20,000 bases of DNA from Saprolegnia diclina VS20 (taxonomy: Eukaryota), in the NCBI RefSeq assembly GCF_000281045.1, contig NW_008246097.1, forward strand, positions 141,672-161,671. The letters are read 5' to 3'. Of this stretch, positions 9,956-19,371 are shown piece after piece. Position 1 is the stretch's first letter. Each line of letters starts with the position of its first letter. Position numbers and translations under genes: made by a program. Under the pieces are notes generated by a model. It made no database searches. It was not told the origin of the DNA and was given only the letters and a program-made list of their open reading frames with translations.

Positions 9956-11461
9956 CTACGCGGATACGGCTGCGCGCGGCGTCAGTGCGAGCCACATACC
10001 ACCCTCGGGTGTGATCGAGATGCCGACGGCATTGGGCTCCACCGATGGCGCGTCACGTGGGCGCGTCACGATATATTGGCGCAAGACCGTCGTCAGCACC
10101 ACGGCGGCCTCCAGCTGCGCAAAGCGCATGCCGACGCAGTTGCGTGGACCGCCCGAGAAGCTCGCGAACCGAAACGCGCGATCTTTGGCAGAAAACCGAT
10201 CGCAGTCGGACGCGAGGTGGCGCTCGGGCTTGAACTCGGTGGCGTCGTTGCCCCAGTTGAGCGGCGACCTGTTGATGAACCACATGGGCAGCGCTAGCAG
10301 CGTGCCCGCCGGCACAACATGATCGCCAAGCACCAAGTCATCGTCTGCGTGGCGGTACGTGAACGGCGCAGGGGCGTAGAGGCGCAGTGCTTCCGTGAGG
10401 ACCGCCGAAACGTACGGCAGTCGTTGCACAGCCTCATATGTGATGGGCGACGTCGTGCTGACGACCGTGTCGATCTCGGCGACTGCCTTGGCTTGCACGT
10501 CCGGGTGCATGGCGAGAAGGAAGAGCGTGTAGGCCATGGCCGAGCTCGTCGTGTCCGAGCCGGCAAAAAAGAAGGTGAGGACGTTGTCGGCGAGCGTCTT
10601 TGCGTCCATTGGCGAGTTGTCAGCGGACGCCGCATCCAGCATCGCCTCCAACAGATCATGATGCCGCAAGGACGACGCAGCATAGGTCGCGATACGCGCT
10701 TGGATGAGATTGTGCAGCGTAGTGCGAACGGTCCTGACGGCATCGGCATGTCGCCGGTTCATCCGCGTTGGTAGCCAGTAGAGGTGGCTGCTCGGGCACA
10801 GCGGCTGCTCGAGGCAGCGCCGGTTGACCTCATTGACGAGGAAATCGAGGGCTGACGCCATTGGGTTGGCTTCATCGAGCAAGGCGCCCATGTCGAAACC
10901 AAAGCCAGTGCGCCCGATGGTGTCGAGTGCCAAGCGCTTTAATAGCGGGAACACGTCGATAGCCGGCGTTGTCGCCTGGAGCCAGACGCCCACAAATGTC
11001 TCGGCGACCGACGCCATGGCCGGGACCATCGCAGCGAGGTTCTGCCACTGAAACGCACGCGAGATGAGCCGCCGATGGAGCTTCCACTCGTCGCGCATGA
11101 GCAGCGAGACCGAGCGGTCGCCCAAGAAGGCTTGCATGTGCATATCAATGATCGGCGTCGGACCGCGGTTCGTGGTCGCCATGTACACTTGGCGCACGTG
11201 GTCGGCGCGCGTGACGGCCACGCTGCGCTGCGTAAGAAGCCTGAACGAGACCATGCCGTTGGCGTCGGCCGCATCGACGAAGAGGCGCGTCATGCCCTTG
11301 AGCGTCGACATCTCGGTGGCGACACCGACAAAGGGCTTATGCAGCCCCGTCGGAAACGGTAGCCCGGGCAGGAACGGCGCGTTGCGGCCATAGCGGTGGC
11401 ACACGTAAGCGACGAGGATGACTAGGATGGCGGCGCCAGCAGACGTGACTGATCCTTCCAT
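9956..11461 (-). CDS. Cytochrome P450 paralog (about 501 aa, intronless; alternative start at 11476)
   Basis: Membrane anchor AILVILVAYV; WKLHR; AGSDT; EALR; FKPERH; FSGGPRNCVG. Colinear with the 8020-9528 P450. Confidence 0.97.
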   Translation of the reverse strand: MEGSVTSAGAAILVILVAYVCHRYGRNAPFLPGLPFPTGLHKPFVGVATEMSTLKGMTRLFVDAADANGMVSFRLLTQRSVAVTRADHVRQVYMATTNRGPTPIIDMHMQAFLGDRSVSLLMRDEWKLHRRLISRAFQWQNLAAMVPAMASVAETFVGVWLQATTPAIDVFPLLKRLALDTIGRTGFGFDMGALLDEANPMASALDFLVNEVNRRCLEQPLCPSSHLYWLPTRMNRRHADAVRTVRTTLHNLIQARIATYAASSLRHHDLLEAMLDAASADNSPMDAKTLADNVLTFFFAGSDTTSSAMAYTLFLLAMHPDVQAKAVAEIDTVVSTTSPITYEAVQRLPYVSAVLTEALRLYAPAPFTYRHADDDLVLGDHVVPAGTLLALPMWFINRSPLNWGNDATEFKPERHLASDCDRFSAKDRAFRFASFSGGPRNCVGMRFAQLEAAVVLTTVLRQYIVTRPRDAPSVEPNAVGISITPEGGMWLALTPRAAVSA

Positions 11462-11701
11462 ATACTCACAATGCACATGCTGGCAAGATGCTCAAACGAC
11501 GTTCGAAATTTGGGACGATCTGATTGGCGCGTGATCGCAGGTCACAGCACCAGTCGCGGGACATGACGTGGCACGCTGAGTGTTATCTGGTTGTGCGTGC
11601 ACAATAAGAAGCGGAAGGTAACAATAACATCGGACCCCATCGAGCAATAATGTGGTGACCAGCGTCCGGTTGCAGCGAAGCCGACAGGCTAGACGATGTT
11701 T

Positions 11702-11742
11702 GATTGGCCCAACTCATCCAATCAACGAGAGGTATTGCGATC
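11702..11742. promoter_or_regulatory. Inverted CCAAT-box element upstream of the second P450
   Basis: GATTGG-N10-CCAATC-AAC-N4-GGTATTGCGATC, about 240-280 bp upstream of the ATG at 11461. Confidence 0.6.
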
Positions 11743-11833
11743 TTCCACAATTCACTTTTGTCACGGACGACAAGAGCATAGTTCACCTTGTGAAAATTGA
11801 GATCATTTATAAAGTCGTAGGATGATACAGTGC

Positions 11834-13083
11834 CTACTCGTCTTCCTTGCAGTGGTGTTGCACGGGACTGCCCGTCTCGGCCCACAAGTTGGCGGGCGTG
11901 ATCGTATCGAGCTGAAGACCGCGGGACGTGGCCCAGCGCTGAAGGTTCTCCGGAGCGTACTTCATAGCCTTGTTTTGGTAGCGCTCAAACACGGTCTTGT
12001 CGATGGTTTCGTTCACCGACGTGTCTTCGTTGATCTTGCGCAAGTGCGTATGCCCGAGCATCATGACGCGCTGCTTCCAGTCGATGTCCATTTGCTCGCT
12101 GTCCCGAAGGTGCTCGGTGCCGTCGAGCGTAAACTCTTTCTTGAAGACAAGTCCTTGCTGGATCGCGCACTGCTGCACCCAGCGCAGCGGAATAAACGAG
12201 AGCACGTCCGTGGCGGAGAAGCCGCCGCCAATGTTGCTGTGGACGCCGGCAAACCAGCGCTGCTCGACAAAGTGCATGGCCTTTTCATCTTCCAAGGCGA
12301 CCTCTTGGCTGTCGTCGTCGCCAGAGCTCGTAATTTGTCGGATCGAGTCCAGGTTCATGTGGTCCGTGAAGCGCTTGGGCGGCTCCTCGCAATACATGAC
12401 TTGAAACGACTCGCGGTGCTCGTCGATCGCCATGGCGTGGACGATGCGGCCAACCTTGGTCGGGTTCTGGCCGTACCGGTGCCGGTCGCTCCGCGGGTCG
12501 GCGGCCACAACGTCAAAGATGCCGACAAAGTGGATCTCAATTGGCGTGCAGTGGTTGATCATGATCGCCTCCGTCGTGGTCAGCGACCCCCGCTTCGTCT
12601 CGGGCAGCGCGAGAAGCTGGTCTAGAGACCGCGCACTCTTGTTCTTGTGCACGAGCTCGTACTGGTCCCAGAGCTTGTCGACAGTGGCCGCACTGTCGGG
12701 CGCTGCGAGACCGCACGTGTCGATGAACCCGAGGAGGGCTCGCACCTCAAACGCTCCGCGGCTGAACCTACGGTATCCAAAGGCATAAGGTGTCGTTACA
12801 GTGCAGATTGTACGTACCCAAAAAGGTACACCTTGTCGCCGGGGACGTAGACCTTGGCGAGATACTCGTACACATTGTGGATGATGTCCTTCATGCCCAC
12901 GGCAAGGAGGCCGCCCGTCAAGTAGGACCCCCACGAGGTGCCAACACCGGGAAAATACTCCTTGATTTGGTCATCGGACGTGGCTGTCGCGTCGTAAAGG
13001 CGGTGGACGTTGGTGTCCGACTCGGGCGTGTTCCACGTGCCGTCCATGAAGAGGGCGATGCGCTTTGGGGTCGTCGTCGTCAT
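11834..13083 (-). CDS. DUF2235 (Tle1-like) alpha/beta hydrolase, putative lipase/phospholipase; 2 exons
   Basis: Motifs KRIALFMDGTWN, TNVHRLY, YFPGVGT, YVPGDKVYLFG|FSRGAFEVRAL (the GxSxG nucleophile elbow is restored by removing the 50-nt intron 12768-12817), FVGIFDVV, HAMAIDEHRESF and WFAGVHSNIGGG. Confidence 0.93.
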
Positions 13084-13097
13084 GAGAGCTCGAGAGT

Positions 13098-13113
13098 GCA
13101 AATTGAAAAATGA
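13098..13113 (-). promoter_or_regulatory. Oomycete INR+FPR core promoter of the DUF2235 gene
   Basis: The minus strand reads TCATTTTTCAATTTGC about 15 nt upstream of the ATG, matching the oomycete YCAYTYY..WTTTNC initiator/flanking motif. Confidence 0.75.
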
Positions 13114-13711
13114 GAGCAGAGGAAGCCGTGGTGGGTCGCACGCCAACGGTAGTAAAAACAGAGGTTGATATTCGAGCAATCTTGCAGCTTGGAGGTTGAC
13201 GGGTGTTTCGAAATTTTACTAAAATTTATCGTCTTGGCGCCATTAGTGGACGCTGCTTAAAATGAGACACAAAGGTGTTTCATGGCGCAACGTGCAGTGC
13301 GTTCTCCGCCGTGATAGTTCGTTTCCTCTTTTAAACGTCCGACCACTCGAGAGCGATCGTTAGAGCACCTCGGTGGTGAAGTTACGACGTTCGGCGAGGA
13401 CCATCGATAGTTCAGAGGTTTATCTTTCAAGGACTCGCATGCCATAGAGGAAATGCAGGTGGACGCTTGCACGATGCACGCATATCTCTTTTCGCCAACC
13501 GCATGCGGAAGATTGCGCTGGAGAAGCGTCTGAGAAACCTGGAAACCACTGAACCGCCACGTTGGTTTTTCGAAGGGGCTGTGGCTCGCCACGTCATAGC
13601 CCTAGAAACAATATACTATACAAAATGAGATATATTTGAAACGGCACACTTAGTGGGATGCGGACTTGATCGAATCATCGGATTGCACCGCTTGGGAAGA
13701 AGAACTTCGGA

Positions 13712-14463
13712 ATGGAGCGGACGAGCAGCGGCAAGGTGGGCGGGCCGCCCGAGCCCTTAGCCCAGGACAGCGACGACGTCAAGATCCACAGCCTCGTGGA
13801 TCAGGCGCTAGCGAGCGTCCAGCACAAGATCAACATCCATTCGATCCGCAGTCTCTTTAGGTAGGGTTGCCTGCCACCATCGTCGCCCCACGGAAGCCGT
13901 AGCTTTATGGGCATTGGCGAGGAGCACCCGTTCTCGGCGCTGCCGCAGGCGCAGCTCGTCCTGCGGCTTCGGCGCAACTTGGAGTACTTCCTCGTCAACT
14001 ACATCCTCGTGTTTGGCCTCGTCTTCTTCTGCGTCTTGTACGTACCATCTTCCGCCCGGGTACCGTGTCTCATGGCCATCGTAGGATCTTTCATCCGTTT
14101 GCCATGCTATGCGGCGTGGCGACCATCGGCGCCTGGGCCACGGTGCTCGTCCAACGCAAGCAAATCCAGCTTCTGCTGGGGCCTAGCTTCAAGATGATCT
14201 ACGTGGTCTACGGCCTCGCTGCCGGTAGGCGTGCTCCATGCGCAGGTGCCCACATTTGCATTAGGCACAGCGCTCGTGCTCATCTTTTCGCTGCTGTCAC
14301 CGCTACTGCTTGCGACCAGCATCACGTACAGTGACATCATCTTGCTGTCCAAACCGCACGCAAAACCGTCTTGTCTAGCGGCGTCCTCGGCATCGCGCAC
14401 GCATTGCTGCGCAATACGCCAGCGTCCGACAAGGTCGACGTCCTCCTCGAAGACCACCCGTAA
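13712..14463 (+). CDS. PRA1 (prenylated Rab acceptor 1) family membrane protein; 5 exons
   Basis: Introns at 13861-13902, 14038-14084, 14225-14264 and 14326-14378 give ..FMGIGEEHPFSALP..RLRRNLEYFLVNY..IFHP..GIAHALLR..DHP*. The R-x-x-x-N-L-x-Y-F-x-x-N-Y and HA-x-LR motifs are typical of PRA1. Confidence 0.88.
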
Positions 14464-14547
14464 TACACTGTACATCGCCCACGGCCATGTGACCAGAGAC
14501 ACTTCACTCCAACTGCCAGTGTTTTTTACTCCAAAATTGATAATTTC

Positions 14548-16277
14548 TCAAGTGGCGGACGACGACGGCGCGCCTTTGACCATGCGAACGGTGCGCCCAC
14601 GGGCGTCATAGCCCATGCGGCACGTGTGCAGCAGCACGTTCTCGACGAGGGGGATCTTGAACGGAAGGTACGGCAGCGACAAGAGGCCATACAACGTCCG
14701 GATCCAAAACATAATGTTCTGGCGCTGCCACGTCATATCCAGCAGGCTCTGCGCCGCGAGCGCAAGCCCCATTGTAAAGCAAAACGCGATCGTCTCGTAG
14801 CCACAGAGCTTCATGAGGTACCCACCCCGGTCCATGTGCAGAACATTCCCAAACATGTCTTGGTACGTCGTCTTGGGCGCCGTCGCGTGCTTGGGCGAGA
14901 GCACCGTCGCCGTCGACGGCCGCTCCGTGTACGGGAGGTAGAAGAACGCGACCCAGACCAGCGCCGTTTGCCATAAAAAGAAGAGCGTATTCCACGGCGA
15001 CAGCATCGGCCCGTCTACATAACATACTGAGATGCCACGGCGAGAAGTACGAAGGAGGTACAGAGATCGCAGACGCCCATGGTGCCATAGAGCGCGCATG
15101 CAATGTACTTGGCGACGCCAAGGATGGTCGAGCCCAGCCCCAATGTGAGGAACTGACTCGTCTTGAACCCAATGATGAACTGGCACAGCTGGTGCTCGTC
15201 GCGCTTGTCCTTGAGGACGAAGAGGAGGCACCACCACGCTTGCCCAATGTACGGAAGCATCCCGAGGATGGTAAAACTCCACCAGTAGGGGTTCTTGAGG
15301 CAGCGCCAGATCGACTGGTCGTACGGGAAGAGGTTGTACAAGATGCACGCGCGGGCATTTGCCCATGAACTCGCCGCGCGCTGGGGCAGCGACTAAGAAG
15401 TGATAAGACAAAAAAGGTGACTACTCGGGTCTGTACAGCTGACGTCGCGTCGCCCGACTCGGACGGAAGGCGCTGGAGCGGCGGCGTCGTTGTCGTTGCG
15501 ACGAAGAGGTCCTTTGTCTTGCGGAAGAGCTCGAGTTTGACATCAGGTAGAAATTGATCCACAGCCACATCAATGTTGGACTACCGCTGCTTGAGAACCG
15601 AGGGTATGTCGAGCGTCGCCTACCTGGAGGTACAGGGGCATGTCCTTGTCCTTGATCGAGTCCTTGAGACGCTCGGCAAAGAGGTCGAGCGCGCGCTCCA
15701 GATACCGGCGCACGGCGCGGTGCATCGCATTCTGCATCCCGCCCTTCGTGTCGACTGCCATCTCGAAGAGCTTGTTGCCCATGAGGCTCAGCGTCGACCG
15801 GCGGCGCATCGGTGGCAGAACGTTGGTACGACTAGCGTTGTGCGAGTGCGACGCGGCGATCGAGATGGCCTTGAGCATCGTCGCAAGCGGAAATTCGACC
15901 GGGAAGCGCTGCGCGTACCCCTGGGCGTGTTGCGTCAGGTCTTGGAGCGCGTAGGCATCGCCTCCGAGAGTCGTCGCTAGGTCGTCCCAGAACAAGTTGA
16001 TGCGCGCGCGCTCGATGGGCGAGAGGATGCAAGGCTCGTCGCCATGTGCGAGGGTCTCGAGCGCCTCCTCGACGGCGTCGACCGCGATGGTGGACTGGCT
16101 CGACAGGCGCAGCGACGGCCGCGCAGGGGAAGCCGGAAGAAGCGGCCTCGACGCATCGTCAGCGCTTCGTTCGTCATCTTCGTCTTGCGTCTCCATGACG
16201 AGGTTGAACATGGCCACGCTGGCCGAGAAGGCCGCGGCGCCGCAGGCGACTTGGATCACCCAGCGCTGCCGAAGCAT
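14548..16277 (-). CDS. Uncharacterised multipass membrane protein; about 4 exons
   Basis: ORF segments 15570-16277, 14606-15568 (part), 15015-15341 and 14548-15411 (part) join through short GT-AG introns. They give a soluble N-terminal half and several hydrophobic helices (LYNLFPYDQSIW..PYWWSFTILG, DEHQLCQFIIGFK, RGGYLMKLCGYE, LYGLLSLPYLPF..GYDARG). Confidence 0.75.
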
Positions 16278-17246
16278 TCCGGCTGTAGAAGGTGCAATGA
16301 CAAAACATGGTGTTTATTTAAAATAGCATGTCAATATAAGGTACTCATCGCTCCAAAAAGACAAAATAAGGTCGAGCTCCAACTTCAAGTTGGCCGCTCG
16401 TGCATCGGCGCGTCGATCGTGCGTCAAAGGAGCCGACACGTCACGCACTATCATAGTACCGATCTGCCGTCAACGCGACTACTTACTAGAAGCGCGCTGC
16501 GTCCGTATATCAAGTAAACGTAAAGACGGAGACTCGCAACGCAGGTCCTTTGTGCCAACTGCAATTTCAAGCGCCAACGACCAAGTGTACATACTCTGGC
16601 CGCAGCCCTGGCTTTGGCGTAGAGCCAGCGACTTCTGCGGTAAATCCCACTCTCTTCAAGGCACGACGCAGTCGTACAGCGAAAAGGGCAGGAAAAATGA
16701 TCTGCAAAGCTATCTCGAAGCGGCTGCAAGCCAAGAAGCTTCCTTGGTTCTTGACGTAGACAACGACACCGTGCGTCACTCGACGACCCACGACCGATGC
16801 TCGACCGTTGAATCCACAAGGACATCGAGGTCAAATTTTCACAGGATACAAGAGGCGCCGCCAACACCATGGACGTTGTGGCCGCAGACGTCGGACGATC
16901 TCCGCCGCCGCGCCGCGTCATGGGCAATGCTGCGGAGAGTCGCATAGAATCTCGCCCCCGTTTGGTACTGCCTCGTCAAACGTGCGGTCCGCAGCGCTGT
17001 CCATGGACGCGTCTGGCTTCCGCGAAGGTTCGGCACGCCACAACGTCGGCTCGTCACTGCGACGCACCGATCTCAAATTAAAAATTAAAAAAACAAATGT
17101 CGCACACTTGCGCGACACAACGCGAGCTTGTTCGACAGTTCATGGCCCATACAAACTTCAAGATCTCGAGTCGGTGCCATCGCGAGAAAAGGTGCTAAAT
17201 GCATAATCTCGGATGCTTGATGATCCTCTGGTCTACAAGCAACTTC

Positions 17247-17262
17247 TCACTTTTGAATTTGC
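17247..17262 (+). promoter_or_regulatory. INR+FPR core promoter of zf-PARP gene 1
   Basis: TCACTTTTGAATTTGC about 40 nt upstream of the ATG at 17301. This supports 17301 rather than 17199 as the start. Confidence 0.7.
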
Positions 17263-17300
17263 TCAACGGCACGCACATCCGCGATACTACTATCTTCAAC

Positions 17301-17582
17301 ATGCCCGCGTCGAACCCCTGGACCCTCAGCACGCTTCCCATCATTGGCACGGCCAAGAACGACAATTCGACTTGCCAGTCGTGCAAGCAGTGCATTCCCC
17401 AAGGCGCGGTCCGCGTCGGCCTCATCTTCCACCACCTCAACGGGTACATCGCGCTCGATTGGCACCACTTGACGTGCTGCGAGACGCCTGCGCAGCTCCC
17501 GCAAATCGAGGGCTACGAACTCCTGAGCGCCCAAGCCCAAGAGCAGGTCCAGCATTACATTGACCAAGTCACCGTGTCGTGA
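17301..17582 (+). CDS. Stand-alone PARP-type zinc finger protein (93 aa), copy 1
   Basis: TAK..STCQSCKQCIPQGAVRVG..WHHLTC..IEGYELLSAQAQEQV gives C-x2-C-x27-H-x2-C plus the C-terminal G(F/Y)xxL..Q helix of the PARP1/DNA ligase III zinc-finger fold. Confidence 0.85.
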   Translation: MPASNPWTLSTLPIIGTAKNDNSTCQSCKQCIPQGAVRVGLIFHHLNGYIALDWHHLTCCETPAQLPQIEGYELLSAQAQEQVQHYIDQVTVS

Positions 17583-18586
17583 ATGCTTGGCGACGTCGAC
17601 CATTGTGTCCATTGCTCCGTCACTGGAGTCTGAACCCCGAGGCAAGCGCCGCGTACGGGCGCCCACACCTCTCACAACCTCACGCTCTGCGCTGACACGC
17701 ACAAGTACCGGTAGATTGCCGACTCTCAGAAAGTCAAACTCAGTCAATGAATATACTTGAAATACATTTGAAACAACAATTTGTGATCGATTGAAGAATT
17801 TTGGCTCACCCGAGCAGCTCGTACCCCACGGTCGAGCAGCTACAAGGTACTGTACAGCTGTAGTAAGTCATAACCAATCGTGCGAAAGCGACCAGAAAAT
17901 GAAAAAAGGCTGTGATCCTGACATTGACTCTTGGCTCCACTCTGTGAGCAGTGGGGTCAACGGAAGCTAAAACCGAACGAGCCACGGGGAGTCCTAGCAC
18001 TTGGTATCAACGCAAACCTCGAAAATTTGATTCGCGTGGCCGATGCACCACTTTAACGAACGAGCCACGACCGCAGCTACAGCGACGTGGCAGCACCCAG
18101 AGTGTTGTTCGGAGGAGACATCTCCTTCAAAGGAGCTGTCGATACACCGACGAACAAGTCGATTCCGAGTTTGCAGGTGGCGTCTCGCATCGCGACATCC
18201 GCTGGCCATTTTATGATTTCACAAAATAAAATAAGATTGGAGTTGTTTTAATCGTGGAGCTTAGGACTAAGACAGCGTAAGACTGACACCTTAGTGTATC
18301 CACCGTATCGTGACCAAGTGGCTTTCCAGCACATACAAATCCCAAATGACTTTGCTGGCGAAAGGGACACCCGCCCAGCTCTCCATGACATGTCCCGAGA
18401 CAATACAATTTCCAAGTGTAGCAAAAGGGCGTCCGCCGCCTCTTGATGGCAATTGGTCGCTTTCGTGTGCGGCGCACCCAGTTGGCGAGACAAAGGAGCC
18501 GGTCGTCGAATGCGCTTCCAGGCGCCAGCTCCTACGCCTTCTATGATGCGGTAGTAACGCGTATTGGGCCGTGCAGCTCACCATCA

Positions 18587-18602
18587 GCACTTCGCAATTT
18601 CG
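18587..18602 (+). promoter_or_regulatory. INR+FPR-like core promoter of zf-PARP gene 2
   Basis: GCACTTCGCAATTTCG just upstream of the ATG at 18614. Confidence 0.55.
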
Positions 18603-18613
18603 ATCCACCCGCC

Positions 18614-18895
18614 ATGACCCAGAATCCGTGGACGCTCAACACCCTCCCGGTCATTGGCACGGCGACGACCGACGGCTGCCTCTGCCAAGCGTGCAAGGAG
18701 AACATCTCGCAAGGCGACATCCGCGTCGGCCTCATCTTCCACCACCTCAACGGGTACATTGCGCTCGACTGGCACCACTTGACGTGCTGCGAGAACCCGT
18801 GGCATCTCCCGACGCTCGAGGGCTTTGATCTTCTCAACGACAAGGAGAAAACTCAAGTGCACGCGTTCATCAAGCAGAGCAAGGTCGGCGCGTAA
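18614..18895 (+). CDS. Stand-alone PARP-type zinc finger protein (93 aa), copy 2
   Basis: MTQNPWTLNTLPVIGTA..CQACKENISQGDIRVGLIFHHLNGYIALDWHHLTC..LEGFDLLNDKEKTQV. Same CDS length (282 nt) and motifs as copy 1. Confidence 0.85.
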   Translation: MTQNPWTLNTLPVIGTATTDGCLCQACKENISQGDIRVGLIFHHLNGYIALDWHHLTCCENPWHLPTLEGFDLLNDKEKTQVHAFIKQSKVGA

Positions 18896-19115
18896 AACCG
18901 CACGTCATGCTCTCGTGTCTTTGTTGTCTGTCCGTGCGCGTTGCTGTCGCGTCCAAAACTTGTTATTTAAACTGTGAAATGTACTGCCTGCATGCAAGTG
19001 TAAACTCGAGTCGTACTAGTTCCTAGCGCAGTCATCTATCGTGCTTCTTCACGCAACCACAGCGAACGCGTGGCAATCTCATTTCGCACCTCTCGCCCCA
19101 GTAGGAACTCGCCCC

Positions 19116-19371
19116 NNNNNNNNNNNNNNNNNNNNNNNNNNNNNNNNNNNNNNNNNNNNNNNNNNNNNNNNNNNNNNNNNNNNNNNNNNNNNNNNNNNNN
19201 NNNNNNNNNNNNNNNNNNNNNNNNNNNNNNNNNNNNNNNNNNNNNNNNNNNNNNNNNNNNNNNNNNNNNNNNNNNNNNNNNNNNNNNNNNNNNNNNNNNN
19301 NNNNNNNNNNNNNNNNNNNNNNNNNNNNNNNNNNNNNNNNNNNNNNNNNNNNNNNNNNNNNNNNNNNNNNN
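19116..19371. other. Assembly gap (256 N)
   Basis: Run of N characters. Confidence 1.

Noticed and set aside
8005..12788. Repeated plus-strand ORFs opposite the P450s and DUF2235 gene, including similar-looking pairs such as 8057-8587 and 10011-10322
   Set aside because: Their similarity merely mirrors the P450 duplication on the opposite strand.
17806..17845. Minus-strand STVGYELLG* resembling the zf-PARP tail IEGYELLS, with a short CGAGCAGCT direct repeat
   Set aside because: Only five matching residues and no zinc ligands; chance cannot be excluded.
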